Virus record (IMG/VR): IMGVR_UViG_3300045988_074170
DNA: 64,000 bases
Direction: 5' to 3' (one strand)
From: a virus
Under the pieces are notes generated by a model, which saw only the letters and a program-made list of their open reading frames with translations, was not told where the DNA came from and did no database searches. This document shows, piece after piece, positions 44,826 through 55,070 of this stretch (the stretch's first letter is position 1; each line of letters opens with the position of its first letter). The position numbers were made by a program, and so were the translations under genes.

Positions 44826-45866
44826 TTATTTATTAAAGAATTGTTTCAATAAACTGTTCAATTCAGTCGTCTTCTGGATTGTAGGCGGTAACGGTGTACC
44901 ACTCGGACCAACAGCCGTTGAAACGGTCAATGTTGCTATCGCATCCACAATCTTCGTCAACAACTCGTTCAAACCTGTGCCACCATTAATAATCGCCATT
45001 TTCCCATTGCTGATTTCAATCATCGCTTCTCCTTGAGAAAGAGTTACTTTCTTGTCCTCAAAACGTAGGGTGCAATCGAATATCGTGGTTTCGGCTTTGC
45101 TTCCATTTACCGTGTGTTTGTAATCGGTGTCACCCACCTTTGTTTCGGTCACGAACCCTTGCTCCGTTATAGTCGTTTTTGAGAAGTCTTTGTCCTCGTC
45201 CTCACCATACGTAGCAAACACACTCATTTCTTCCTTATTGACGCTTATTCCCGACTCATTTTCGGTGACAGGGTCAATCATCTTTGCAGTGAGTTCCTCA
45301 AAAGCCTCTATTTCGGCTTTCTTGCTCGCAGTCACTTTCACTGTACCCGTTGAACCAACCTCAAGAAGAGCGTTCTCATCGCCAAGTGCATTTATCTTGA
45401 GCGTTCCGAACTGTTGCCCCCGAACATTGATAAACAGGGTTCCTCGCTTCGCACTACCTGTAATGCTCAAAGAACCCTTGTCCCATTCCCGAAGGATTGA
45501 AAACTCTTCATCACTTCTCATAGGGATTCTTCCATTCGTTGCAACAAACGTACCAACTATCATTGGTTGGTTCATGTACGACTGTGAAATCCACATTACT
45601 GGAGTTCCCTTCTCACCAACTTTTCGAGGAAACTGTATGTTCTGAAGAGCCTCGTTTGAAATAAAGCACTCGTGAATAATATTCCCCTCGCTATCATCAA
45701 TGATAGATATCTTGTTGGTTCTGAAACAGGTGTCAACGAACTTATCTCGGTCAACCCCCTCCGGAATCAATACATATCCGAACCCAGTTGTTTGCTGAAC
45801 TGTCCCCTGTTTGCGTACAGGGGAAACTCCTTGCTTTCCTACTTTCTTAACTCTAATCTGTGCCAT
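44826..45866 (-). CDS. Putative baseplate central spike/hub protein
   Basis: Position after the tape measure and hub genes. Beta-rich repetitive middle region. No firm motif. Confidence 0.35.
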   Translation of the reverse strand: MAQIRVKKVGKQGVSPVRKQGTVQQTTGFGYVLIPEGVDRDKFVDTCFRTNKISIIDDSEGNIIHECFISNEALQNIQFPRKVGEKGTPVMWISQSYMNQPMIVGTFVATNGRIPMRSDEEFSILREWDKGSLSITGSAKRGTLFINVRGQQFGTLKINALGDENALLEVGSTGTVKVTASKKAEIEAFEELTAKMIDPVTENESGISVNKEEMSVFATYGEDEDKDFSKTTITEQGFVTETKVGDTDYKHTVNGSKAETTIFDCTLRFEDKKVTLSQGEAMIEISNGKMAIINGGTGLNELLTKIVDAIATLTVSTAVGPSGTPLPPTIQKTTELNSLLKQFFNK

Positions 45867-48021
45867 CTTTAAACATTTCTCTTTTTAAGAAGAAGTTGAA
45901 CACACTTGAATTGACTCCAAACTTCGTAGAAGAAGGAGCAATCGTTTCATCCTTATGCTTTGGGTCACGTTTCTGAATGTCGGCTCGTATTCCGTCTATA
46001 TCCACGATGTTGAAATAGTTGTTAGAAGCATTCGTGATATACTCAACCAACATTCCTCTTTCAACTGTCAACACCGTAACACGGTCAATTGCATCGTTCG
46101 TGAACGATATTGTATTGTTTACGGCTGTAACATAGAACAACTCCTGGGTGGATTCTAAGATAATGAACGTCCCCACTTTGATACGTCTATCCCCATTCAG
46201 CGTTATCGTTCCCTTACGAGTAAACGGAAGATAACAGGTCGTCTCCACAACGTATAACAGGTCATTCAACAAGGCTTGCGACATTGTGTTGATATTCTTC
46301 TCATCGTCCTTTCCTTTCAGGCTCTTTTCTGATAGGTAGATGTCATTCGTGATGCACCGCTTATTTCCGAAACGCTCCACGTATTCATTCAGGAAGATAA
46401 TAGGAACCAACGCCAATGACGAAAACTGTGAACTACCTGTCAAAGCATTCTGAGGCATTATCCTGTACCAAGCATAAACACGGTTATCGTACTCAAGAGA
46501 ATACGACAGTAAATCCTTCGGCTCTACTCCAACATACTGTTTCGAATTAACGACACTTTGTATCGCTGTCTTCGTGAACGGTGGCTGGCGAGCCATAAGG
46601 TCGTATTCATTCCCCCACGTATCCCCCCAAAATTCAACGAAAGGTTGCTGGCAAATCTTATTGAAGAAGTCCATCAGGGTTCCTTCGGGGTTCGTCAGTG
46701 AACGGTCAACGATACGTCTGTCTGACAGTTGTGAATCTACCCATAACTTTATCATCTGCCATACCCCTCGTGCTTCCGGACGTTGAGCGCAATGAGCAAA
46801 GATACTGTCAGGCACGATACCTATGTTAGACAACTGGTCAATAATGAACGATGATACCGTATCAATTTTCTGGAATTCATACGCAAAATAATAGTCGTAA
46901 GAACCTGTCACCATATTACGCTTGAACCACGATGAAGACGGGTCTCCACCATAGAACCAACGGTCGGGACTTCCCTCAACAAATTTCAACGGAATAAAGT
47001 AGGAGCCATCCTCAACTAACAACTTCGACAGGTCTCGTCCATTTACGTTCACCGCATAATCAGTGCTATTGGCATCTACATTCGTTGAAACGGTATCAAC
47101 CAACCCCATCATATCCCATATCAACTTGTTATTCAATTCTGACGGTTCTACGACGTGTGTGCTCGACTGTCGCTTCCCTTGGTCTTCGTACTTCTCTTTC
47201 TTCAGTTTCTCGAACCGTATAAAGACCATGTCATTATGCTGTATAAACTTCGAGAACCAATCACGATTGATACTCCCTCGCTTATCAGTGATGTTGAAAT
47301 GGTTAGCGAAATCATCCCCAAATGTCTGTATTGTCAGCGTATCAGTAGGAACCAACTCGAAAGAAAATGTCCCCATCTGAAAGTCCTTTTGAGTCGAACA
47401 GGTTCTTATCCATGAACTGATGTCGTATATCTTACCGAAAGCGTGAGAATATACCCACACTTTGATATTCAATGCTTTCATCTGAACGTGATACTCTTTA
47501 TTCTCATCGCCTGAACCCAACGCTGCCGCACGCTTCCGTGCCGCATACGAGTCGTTGATAGGCTTCGAACTACTTGATTCCCCATTGTTCGTAGGCGAGT
47601 CCCAAGGAACATATTCGGGGTCGGACAAGAGTTCTGCCTGTTTATCTGACCAGAAAGCCGAAAAACTGCTGTACTGGCGCATAAACAGGTCGGACGCAAG
47701 TATCTCTTGCAGTTCGGCTGTTATCTGTTTGTTCGGTATAGCGTACCAAGTACCGATAGGAATCAACGGTGGCTTATTCTGCTCTATTTCGCTCTTGTAT
47801 TTCTCTTTCATGAGCGGAGAATAATTGTTGATGATTACCTCCGCATTTGTCAAATGACCGTCTGAAAACTTTAAGAAGTCGTCGACAGTCAAGTCTTCTT
47901 GATACCCCTGTTTCTTCAGGTCGTCAAGGAAATCTTGGATAGTCGCTGCCTCGCGACTATCTCCAATCCCCTGGAACCAACTTGTTGAATACGGTGGTAT
48001 TTTCTTTTCCTCTTCTGCCAT
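45853..48021 (-). CDS. Putative tail/baseplate hub protein
   Basis: 722 aa ORF immediately downstream of the tape measure gene. Confidence 0.4.
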   Translation of the reverse strand: MAEEEKKIPPYSTSWFQGIGDSREAATIQDFLDDLKKQGYQEDLTVDDFLKFSDGHLTNAEVIINNYSPLMKEKYKSEIEQNKPPLIPIGTWYAIPNKQITAELQEILASDLFMRQYSSFSAFWSDKQAELLSDPEYVPWDSPTNNGESSSSKPINDSYAARKRAAALGSGDENKEYHVQMKALNIKVWVYSHAFGKIYDISSWIRTCSTQKDFQMGTFSFELVPTDTLTIQTFGDDFANHFNITDKRGSINRDWFSKFIQHNDMVFIRFEKLKKEKYEDQGKRQSSTHVVEPSELNNKLIWDMMGLVDTVSTNVDANSTDYAVNVNGRDLSKLLVEDGSYFIPLKFVEGSPDRWFYGGDPSSSWFKRNMVTGSYDYYFAYEFQKIDTVSSFIIDQLSNIGIVPDSIFAHCAQRPEARGVWQMIKLWVDSQLSDRRIVDRSLTNPEGTLMDFFNKICQQPFVEFWGDTWGNEYDLMARQPPFTKTAIQSVVNSKQYVGVEPKDLLSYSLEYDNRVYAWYRIMPQNALTGSSQFSSLALVPIIFLNEYVERFGNKRCITNDIYLSEKSLKGKDDEKNINTMSQALLNDLLYVVETTCYLPFTRKGTITLNGDRRIKVGTFIILESTQELFYVTAVNNTISFTNDAIDRVTVLTVERGMLVEYITNASNNYFNIVDIDGIRADIQKRDPKHKDETIAPSSTKFGVNSSVFNFFLKREMFKDGTD

Positions 48022-48026
48022 AACCC

Positions 48027-50213
48027 TTATTCTTGAGTAATTGTTAAGTTATTCAATTTCTTCTCAATTGATTCTCCAACTGCCTTTCCGGTTGTTCTAC
48101 CTATTTTCTCCAACTGCTCGTCAGAAAGTTGTAACGGTGGGAACCCACCCTGTTGACCTGTGCCAGCACCCGCACTTCCGGGAGCGGGAGCCACGATTGT
48201 AACAGGTATCGGACCCTCGTCTTTTATAGCCTTAACAACCGCAGCGATAGAACCTTTACCACCAAGGATTTCTTCATATCCGTCCCTGATTTTTCTGTTC
48301 TGCGTTGCGGCAGTAGAAGCAGCGATATCCCCAACCATGCTTCGAGCCTCCGCTTCAGAATACTCAGCACCCGTTGAACGACCACGTCTGAATATCTTCT
48401 GGGCATCGTTTCCGGTTGCCTTCTCCAAATCAATAATGTCAGTCATTGACAAGTTAGGGAAGATTGACTTCATCACCTGTCGACCCATTTCACCACCACC
48501 CGTCATCTTCTGTATTCTTTCAAAGAACTTTTGCTGAAGTTCAGGTTTCTCCGGCATCTGTTCAATCATCGCTTGTAAATCCGATAATTGAGCATCGGGA
48601 CCAGCAACCTCTCTTGCGGTTCTCAAAAGCAACGCTTGGCTGACGTCATCTTGACTTATATTGTTTCCCATTAAAGAGTTCTGTACACGCTCTAATTGGC
48701 GACCCTCCATCCCAGTAGCGTTCTGTATGCTTGTCATCGAACGTACAATTCCAGCCGTATTGATTCCACCTGTCCTATTAAGAACATTTTCCGCCATACG
48801 GTTGAACGATTGTAGGTACTCGCCAAGTGTCGACGCAATGTATTGGTCACTCTTTCCGAGACCCTGTAAGTTAGTGTCGAAAGCCTGTACGACGTTGGCT
48901 CCTGTACGACCTGAACGGTCAAAACGGGTTGTCGCCAACACCGAAGCAGCGTCATCTTCCGATAAGCCTCTAATCTTACCAGCCATTAACAGTTGGTTCA
49001 CATCATGAAGCGAAGTGTTCCGTTCATAGACTCCTGCCTTCTGTAAAGTTGTAACCTGCGACAGATAATCTGTCATATTCAACCCCAGCGTCCGGGAAGC
49101 CCATGTAGGAAGTTCATCCCTGTCCGTTACCAGCCCAGCCTTATCAGCATTCCTCAACTGCTGTACCTTCTGACCATGTTCCCATTCTTTCCAACCTTTT
49201 GCGTCTTGCTCAGTTCTTGGGAAAGCAAGCATTGAGAAATCAAGTTTTGTTGGGTCTTTCGGTTCAGATTGTTTCTGCCTGTATGACCAGTCAGTCGCCA
49301 TCTTATAATCATGGTACGTTGTGTTTCCACCCGTAACATAATCAACATTATCCCCGAATGAATCAAGGAATTGGCTTCCCAACGCTTGTCGATAGGACAT
49401 ACGATGTAGAGCGGAATAATCACCCAATGCTCTATCGTTCTGGGTTGCCGCATTACGACCAACTTCCTTCTTTTCGGCTTCGGCTCCGGATATACCGAAT
49501 GTCAGCATATTCAGCAACCAATGATTCCCCCTGTTATTCCGACGCTGGAATTCATTTTCAGCACCGTACTGAGCAGACTCATATTTCGCTTGCTGACCTA
49601 ATATCGTACCAATCCCCATGATAAGCGCACCGAAAGGAAGCATTCCCATCAATCCGCTCATACTCGTAGGCATCTTAAACCCTTTACCAAACAGTCCAGC
49701 ACCGCCTCCCTGCCCAAGAGTAGGCACATCAGGAGTTTCGGGTGCAGGAGGCTGTGGGGGTTCCCCACCGCTGCCTGTTGGCAAGACTCCATTAGTGTCA
49801 TCCCTCTGGGTCTTTTCCATCAAGTCTGCTATCCGTACAACTTCTGACAGTATTTTATCGAGAGTCGTTTGCTGGCGTTCGGTCAATTGAGTATTTAAAG
49901 CACGACCAGAGGTTCCCGGAGTAACCGCACCCCCTCCACCGCTTAAAGGTCGCCCAGTATAAGGGTCTATAAGCGTCGGTCTTCTTTCAGTCGGGGTATC
50001 ATTAGGAAGCCCACCTTGCATTCCCCCTGCGAGAGCGTTTCGCTCCTTTAACAGGTCGATTTGCTTTTGGATGACTCCAACCGTTTGTTCAGCGATGTTT
50101 TTGAACTCGCTTTCCATTTTGTTGAAGTCGTTCCACAAGGCTTGGGCGTTCTGTCGGAGTTCCTGAAGCGGTGACGCATCAGCCGATACCCGTATTCTCT
50201 TGTCTTCCGCCAT
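48027..50213 (-). CDS. Tail tape measure protein
   Basis: 728 aa, helical and Gly-rich, with a hydrophobic GLMGMLPFGALIMGIGTILG segment. Preceded by two small chaperone-like ORFs and the tube/sheath genes. Confidence 0.7.
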   Translation of the reverse strand: MAEDKRIRVSADASPLQELRQNAQALWNDFNKMESEFKNIAEQTVGVIQKQIDLLKERNALAGGMQGGLPNDTPTERRPTLIDPYTGRPLSGGGGAVTPGTSGRALNTQLTERQQTTLDKILSEVVRIADLMEKTQRDDTNGVLPTGSGGEPPQPPAPETPDVPTLGQGGGAGLFGKGFKMPTSMSGLMGMLPFGALIMGIGTILGQQAKYESAQYGAENEFQRRNNRGNHWLLNMLTFGISGAEAEKKEVGRNAATQNDRALGDYSALHRMSYRQALGSQFLDSFGDNVDYVTGGNTTYHDYKMATDWSYRQKQSEPKDPTKLDFSMLAFPRTEQDAKGWKEWEHGQKVQQLRNADKAGLVTDRDELPTWASRTLGLNMTDYLSQVTTLQKAGVYERNTSLHDVNQLLMAGKIRGLSEDDAASVLATTRFDRSGRTGANVVQAFDTNLQGLGKSDQYIASTLGEYLQSFNRMAENVLNRTGGINTAGIVRSMTSIQNATGMEGRQLERVQNSLMGNNISQDDVSQALLLRTAREVAGPDAQLSDLQAMIEQMPEKPELQQKFFERIQKMTGGGEMGRQVMKSIFPNLSMTDIIDLEKATGNDAQKIFRRGRSTGAEYSEAEARSMVGDIAASTAATQNRKIRDGYEEILGGKGSIAAVVKAIKDEGPIPVTIVAPAPGSAGAGTGQQGGFPPLQLSDEQLEKIGRTTGKAVGESIEKKLNNLTITQE

Positions 50214-50520
50214 TTTGTTCTAATTTAAGCATTTCTTCAATTTCTCTTTCAGCCTCAGTAGAGAAGTCCTCAATCGTAGTCGGAGCTTTAAAGATATCCC
50301 CAATTCCGGGAATATACTTATCTTCATCTTTCTCACGTTCAGTCTGAAACTCTTTCAAATACAGCTTGTCTTCTTCAAATTCTATTAGCTGATATAAAAA
50401 AGAAGATTCCCGATGAGCAGGGGACATAAATGAAACATTATGCTTTATTCGCCACCACCTGTCCAACGGGAATCTGTTGTTCCAGCTGACCATACCCTGT
50501 ATCAGCTCGGAATGTTTCAT
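50179..50520 (-). CDS. Putative tail assembly chaperone
   Basis: Small ORF between the tube and tape measure genes. Confidence 0.4.
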   Translation of the reverse strand: MKHSELIQGMVSWNNRFPLDRWWRIKHNVSFMSPAHRESSFLYQLIEFEEDKLYLKEFQTEREKDEDKYIPGIGDIFKAPTTIEDFSTEAEREIEEMLKLEQNGGRQENTGIG

Positions 50521-50521
50521 A

Positions 50522-50890
50522 TTACTCCTCCTTCTTTACGTCATCACTTTCACCACCTTTCAGGAGGTCAGTAATTTCTTTAAAGAACGGAGCAACCGTC
50601 TTGAAGTATTCATCACGGATAAGTTTATAGTCCCTGACATCAAGTTCTGAAAAATTCTTCACTTTCAAATCCTCAATCAATTTCGGGCACAAAACAGCAA
50701 TCGCAGCCTCGATATCAATCATGTCAAGAGCGTGCTGAGCCATTGCTGAAGGACTCATTACCATTGAGTTATAGAATCCTCTGGACAGGCTTTGCTTCAT
50801 CGCCTCAATTTGGTAGAACTGACCCACATTAGGGAACTTCACAGGGTAACTATGCCCCTTGATTTCAATTGTTACTTCATCTTTTATCAT
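50522..50890 (-). CDS. Putative tail assembly chaperone
   Basis: Small acidic ORF between the tube and tape measure genes. Confidence 0.4.
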   Translation of the reverse strand: MIKDEVTIEIKGHSYPVKFPNVGQFYQIEAMKQSLSRGFYNSMVMSPSAMAQHALDMIDIEAAIAVLCPKLIEDLKVKNFSELDVRDYKLIRDEYFKTVAPFFKEITDLLKGGESDDVKKEE

Positions 50891-50912
50891 AATCTTCTTT
50901 TATTTAAAGCAA

Positions 50913-50929
50913 GGCAGGATTATCCTGCC
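50913..50929 (-). terminator. Short hairpin overlapping the tube gene stop (possible attenuating terminator)
   Basis: GGCAGGA-TAA-TCCTGCC, followed by TTGCTTTAAAT. Confidence 0.3.
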
Positions 50930-51408
50930 ATGCTGATTGGTTCAAGATAAATACCACTGATGTCGGTTCCTGCAAGCCCAGCTTCCTGGATGCTGAATGA
51001 CTGAGTATTCAGTAAACAGCCTTGCAAGCGAGCAATGGTTTCACCCGTGTTATCAACTTCGGTAACAAGTTTCGTCGCTGCGTCTTCGCTTGATACCGTT
51101 TTCGCATACACCGTAATGTCAAAAGCAATGTCCCCCAATACGAGGCTATTCTTTATCTCCGCTATGCTTCCAAACTTCTTGAGCATCTTCTTCATAATCG
51201 GAGTATTGAATGAAATGAAGTATTGTGATACACTCCATTGACAAGTGTACGCCACAGGGGGTGCTTCCTGATAAGTCAGGTTTCCCAACCCCTGAACGTT
51301 GGCACGCTGTACGTTTTCCGAGAATGTCAGATTGCGGACGTATCCTGCAACCTCGTTATCTATTTTGATAAACGCTTTCGGTGCTGTAAAAACTCTTCCT
51401 CTTGCCAT
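50920..51408 (-). CDS. Tail tube protein
   Basis: 162 aa ORF directly after the sheath gene. Beta-rich. Confidence 0.55.
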   Translation of the reverse strand: MARGRVFTAPKAFIKIDNEVAGYVRNLTFSENVQRANVQGLGNLTYQEAPPVAYTCQWSVSQYFISFNTPIMKKMLKKFGSIAEIKNSLVLGDIAFDITVYAKTVSSEDAATKLVTEVDNTGETIARLQGCLLNTQSFSIQEAGLAGTDISGIYLEPISMAG

Positions 51409-51413
51409 ATCTT

Positions 51414-53072
51414 TTAATTTTTAAGTAAGAATCCAGTGAAGAAAATCTTAGTGATTTCGCTGTTCACCACCACCTCATAGGTGACATCGTAGTAGTCCTC
51501 AATTCGGGTTGCAACTACATTCTGGAAACGCTGTATCAAGTTGTCTTGATTAGCGGTTGCCACACGTGATTGCAAGAAATTGATTGTCCAAGTCTCAAGA
51601 GCACCTTTTGACAAGGTATTCAAGTTTACACCGTTTTCATCACCCAACAAGTCAATTTCTGCATTCACCACACACTCTTTGTTCAACTGTGCGATAACAC
51701 GCATGAACTGGATGCTGAATGAGAGACCTTTTTTGTTGAATAATGTTTTGTTATCTTGCAAAGTTGTAACACCCTGTAAGACAACGAAACGACCGAGATA
51801 CGGATTCGGATAAACCACAACCAAACCAGCCTTAACAGCCTTTTCCATTTCCTTCTCGTCAGGAATGTGTTGAAGTTTATCGCCACCGATTGTCTTGTTG
51901 GTAACGGGGATATAGGGAGGCTTTCCGCTGACACGTCCAATAACCTGACACAGATTGTAGAATACACCCCACCAACGTACCTTTGAAGCAACAAAATCGC
52001 TCGCAGTACCGATACCACCATGAACACAAACCACGTATGCATTGTTGAACTGTTTCGCCATATCCAGTGAGTCGTTGAACTTCACTTTCGAGTCGTATGC
52101 CCCAACGTACACGAATTTATCGAATTTCGCCTGAGTATTGCGGTGTGCGATAACCTTGTTATTCGTAGCACCAGCACCCGACGCACCGATTTGGTCAGTG
52201 AATACGATGTTATATTCAACATCGGTGATTTGAGCCAACAGGTCATCGAGGTCAGTCGGTTTGTACTGTTCCGTACCACCTGTCGCAACCTGATATCCTG
52301 CGTTATCCGTGATATCTGACGCATCAACCGTTCCGTCACCTGTAATCTTGCTTGAATCATCAAGAATGAATCTTGACCCAAAGTTCTCATCGGTTTGGCA
52401 CCACTGAATAACCTGAGCCAAATTAGTACATTCCGGAGTCTGACAAATCAGATACGGGTCAGCCTGTTCAACCGTCAATTCATCATAGGAAAGTTCAACC
52501 CCTGTAATCGGGTCTTTGTAAAGACCTGTAAAGGTTCCTCTCCAGAATTTCAGAATGAACGCATTTGTGTCTTCCGTTCCGGCTTCAATTGTCCACGCAT
52601 AACCTGTTTTCAGGAAATCGCCCTCAACCCCACCATTTGCATTCAATCCTTCGTCGATAGTTTTCACTACCAGCGTACCACCTTTCGACCCACCACCCGT
52701 AGGAGCGAAAGTCATCGTTGCCGGAGTTGTCGTACATGCACGGGCATACAGTAACTTGCTGATACCAACCGCATCCGCATTATACGGGTCGGGGGTAAAC
52801 AGAGCCTCTGCACATTTCCAGAACATTCCGCCTTTCACGAAATCCCGGAAATCCGATAATGTTTCGAACTCGTAGACAGCGTCCTTGCCTTGCTTGTCAG
52901 TTCCGTTCACACCAGAACCACCACCGAAGCCAGCACCATAAACACCTGTGTCAATCAAGAGCACGGTTCCATAGTCCAAATTTCGGGAAGCACTACTCTC
53001 GCCCGACGTGATTGTAGAATACACACCAGGAAGAGTTCTCAATTTTCCATTAAAATAGACACTCGTTGCCAT
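51414..53072 (-). CDS. Contractile tail sheath protein
   Basis: N-terminal LRTLPGVYSTI matches the sheath PGVY signature. 552 aa, and followed by the tube gene. Confidence 0.7.
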   Translation of the reverse strand: MATSVYFNGKLRTLPGVYSTITSGESSASRNLDYGTVLLIDTGVYGAGFGGGSGVNGTDKQGKDAVYEFETLSDFRDFVKGGMFWKCAEALFTPDPYNADAVGISKLLYARACTTTPATMTFAPTGGGSKGGTLVVKTIDEGLNANGGVEGDFLKTGYAWTIEAGTEDTNAFILKFWRGTFTGLYKDPITGVELSYDELTVEQADPYLICQTPECTNLAQVIQWCQTDENFGSRFILDDSSKITGDGTVDASDITDNAGYQVATGGTEQYKPTDLDDLLAQITDVEYNIVFTDQIGASGAGATNNKVIAHRNTQAKFDKFVYVGAYDSKVKFNDSLDMAKQFNNAYVVCVHGGIGTASDFVASKVRWWGVFYNLCQVIGRVSGKPPYIPVTNKTIGGDKLQHIPDEKEMEKAVKAGLVVVYPNPYLGRFVVLQGVTTLQDNKTLFNKKGLSFSIQFMRVIAQLNKECVVNAEIDLLGDENGVNLNTLSKGALETWTINFLQSRVATANQDNLIQRFQNVVATRIEDYYDVTYEVVVNSEITKIFFTGFLLKN

Positions 53073-53163
53073 ATTATCATTATTAAAGAGTTTACGAATT
53101 TATTTCGGAATAAAGGTATAAAATTTTTCCAAAACATCAATAATCACAAATCTTTTTGAGGAA

Positions 53164-53187
53164 GGGCAGGAGCCGAAACTCCTGCTC
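53164..53187 (-). terminator. Hairpin after the Ig/BACON-like gene (no clear T tract)
   Basis: GAGCAGGAG-TTTCGG-CTCCTGCCC on the minus strand. Confidence 0.3.
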
Positions 53188-53194
53188 AAACTCA

Positions 53195-54262
53195 TTAAGA
53201 AATCTTCCAAGTAATGTTGGTCGTAATCTTGAATGTCTGAGAACCACCCGTTGCCCCATAGGACAAACTGGTAGGAGTGACGTCAAGATACAGAATCTTC
53301 GCTACCAATGTTCTCGCACCTGTTACTGTGAACGTGTACGAAAGACTCGTGCTGACACGGGTACTGCCCTCGTACCATCCGTCAAATACATCTTGACTGT
53401 TGGCCTTAGTACATTTCACCGTTGCTGAAGCACCATAAGCATAAGAGCCACCGCCAGATACAGAACCACGTCCCGCAGCAGAACTGTCAAGACTGACTGA
53501 AATTGTATATGACTTGGTAGTTCTCGTACCACGAGCCTCAAAGGTTCTGTTTGCTGTTATATTTTCCACGCTCAATGACAACGACGAAGAAATCTTCGTG
53601 TCGCCCTCATACCATCCTAAGAATGAATAAGAGTATTGAGCCGTATTCGCGAGCAGTGTTGCAACCGCAGTTGCGGTATTTCCCCAATTAATCTTCTCAG
53701 AAGTCTTATTAATCGTATTGATATAATCTCCTTTCGAATAGGTAACAGTCCAAGTCGAAGTCGCTTGAGTAACCGTTACCGTCCCCACGACAGAAGCAAT
53801 TGAACCCGTAACAGTTATCTTCCCTGTACGCTGCCCAACTGTGTTCTTAGGAATGGAGATTTGGACACTGAATATAAACTCATCAACGGCTCCTGGGTCA
53901 TCAGGAATTGATGTCCCATTCACCGTCAATAAGCCATTCGCAGTATAATTAGCAGGCAAAACAATAGGGATATCATTCCCCGAACCAAGAGCGAAAGTAA
54001 TCTTCGGTGAGTTACTCTTTCCAGAAACAGTTATCGTCGAAGCTCCTTCGCCTACCTCAAATGAAGTCTTGTCCAAAGTAATGTATTCAGCAGTTGGCTC
54101 TTGCTTAACTTGGTAAGATTTTGCCGCTTCAATTCCTTTGACCACAGCCGTAACAACTGTCTGACGTTCAAGGCGACCTTTATGTATCGTGCCTGAATTG
54201 GTCAGAGTAGCGTCACCCTCTCCGGTCATTGGATTAACGGTCAACCAAGAATCTTTCGCCAT
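53195..54262 (-). CDS. Ig-like multidomain protein: N-terminal BACON second half, two Listeria-Bacteroides repeat-like domains, C-terminal BACON first half
   Basis: N-terminus AKDSWLTVNPMTGEGDATLTNSGTIHKGRLERQTVVTAVV, internal YSFLGWYEG and DVFDGWYEG, C-terminus LDVTPTSLSYGATGGSQTFKITTNITWKIS-stop. Confidence 0.55.
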   Translation of the reverse strand: MAKDSWLTVNPMTGEGDATLTNSGTIHKGRLERQTVVTAVVKGIEAAKSYQVKQEPTAEYITLDKTSFEVGEGASTITVSGKSNSPKITFALGSGNDIPIVLPANYTANGLLTVNGTSIPDDPGAVDEFIFSVQISIPKNTVGQRTGKITVTGSIASVVGTVTVTQATSTWTVTYSKGDYINTINKTSEKINWGNTATAVATLLANTAQYSYSFLGWYEGDTKISSSLSLSVENITANRTFEARGTRTTKSYTISVSLDSSAAGRGSVSGGGSYAYGASATVKCTKANSQDVFDGWYEGSTRVSTSLSYTFTVTGARTLVAKILYLDVTPTSLSYGATGGSQTFKITTNITWKIS

Positions 54263-54287
54263 ACCTTAAATTCTTTTTAAATAGTTA

Positions 54288-54824
54288 CTAACTAACAGTC
54301 CAAGGCACATTCGTGCTGACTTGGAATGTCTTACTTCCACCAGCAGCGTCGTAATCCAACGAGGTCGGTGTAACATCAAGATAATTAATCTTAGCAACCA
54401 GACTCACTGCTTCCTGAGCCGTAAATGTATGGGTCGCATTCGAACTCACCTTAGATGAACCACTGTACCATCCGTCAAATACGTCACCACTCTTCAACAA
54501 GTTACATTTCACAGTAACTTGGTCTCCAACGTTCACTTCCGCTGTTGCTGTCGCTCCCGCAGTACCATTATTGATTTGAACCGTTCCTCGGCTTGTGACA
54601 TCGGAATTAACTGAAAGAGTAACTTGGAACACACCCTTCGCAATGTCTTTCAACATCACATAGTCATTATTTCCGTAGGAAGCCAAAGAATCAGCGTCAA
54701 ATTTATTGGTCGCGATAAGTTCCTTCTTGCGGACGTAATCGTTAGCAGCCACGCCAATATCGCCAGGAGTTATCCCAACGCTGTCGGCAGCCTGTTTCGA
54801 TGTCGCATACGGATTATTTGCCAT
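54288..54824 (-). CDS. Ig-like protein with Listeria-Bacteroides repeat-like domain and C-terminal BACON first half
   Basis: DVFDGWYSGSSKV...LDVTPTSLDYDAAGGSKTFQVSTNVPWTVS-stop. The ATG at 54824 is used; the track TTG at 54857 overlaps the upstream gene. Confidence 0.5.
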   Translation of the reverse strand: MANNPYATSKQAADSVGITPGDIGVAANDYVRKKELIATNKFDADSLASYGNNDYVMLKDIAKGVFQVTLSVNSDVTSRGTVQINNGTAGATATAEVNVGDQVTVKCNLLKSGDVFDGWYSGSSKVSSNATHTFTAQEAVSLVAKINYLDVTPTSLDYDAAGGSKTFQVSTNVPWTVS

Positions 54825-54826
54825 GA

Positions 54827-55051
54827 TTAAGAAGTTTTTCCAGCACCTGACTGGCAATCTACATATTTCTTGAAAACGATATTTCCTGATACGGAATTAA
54901 TCTTGTCGATAATTCCTTGCCCAGTGAGTTTATCAAGAATGTTCTTTTCCGTCAGACCGTTCAAAATGCTTGACGGATTGTCTTGCTGAGTCTGAACCGC
55001 TGTCAGCAGTTCGTCGACCTTTGCTCCTGTAAATTTCGATTTGTACGCCAT
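54827..55051 (-). CDS. Hypothetical small protein
   Basis: 74 aa ORF. Confidence 0.4.
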   Translation of the reverse strand: MAYKSKFTGAKVDELLTAVQTQQDNPSSILNGLTEKNILDKLTGQGIIDKINSVSGNIVFKKYVDCQSGAGKTS

Positions 55052-55070
55052 ATCTTTCTTATTTTAATGG

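Noticed and set aside
50500-50540. Possible programmed frameshift between the two tail-chaperone ORFs (G/GT-type), and a canonical AAGGAGG just upstream of the second ORF
   Set aside because: The second ORF has its own ATG one nucleotide after the first ORF's stop. It is in the +1 frame, not the -1 frame, and no slippery heptamer is visible. The AAGGAGG is simply the KKEE coding sequence. Independent or re-initiated translation is the simpler reading.
54262-54290. Stop-codon read-through or frameshift fusing 54288-54824 with 53195-54262 to rebuild a full BACON domain
   Set aside because: The junction has two consecutive in-frame stops (TAG TAA). The downstream gene is in a different frame with its own TAA two codons upstream of its ATG. 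At least two recoding events would be needed.
53195-54515. Diversity-generating retroelement (template/variable repeat pair) suggested by the similar C-terminal modules
   Set aside because: There is no reverse transcriptase gene in the window. The two copies differ at all base types rather than only at adenine positions. Identity is only moderate.
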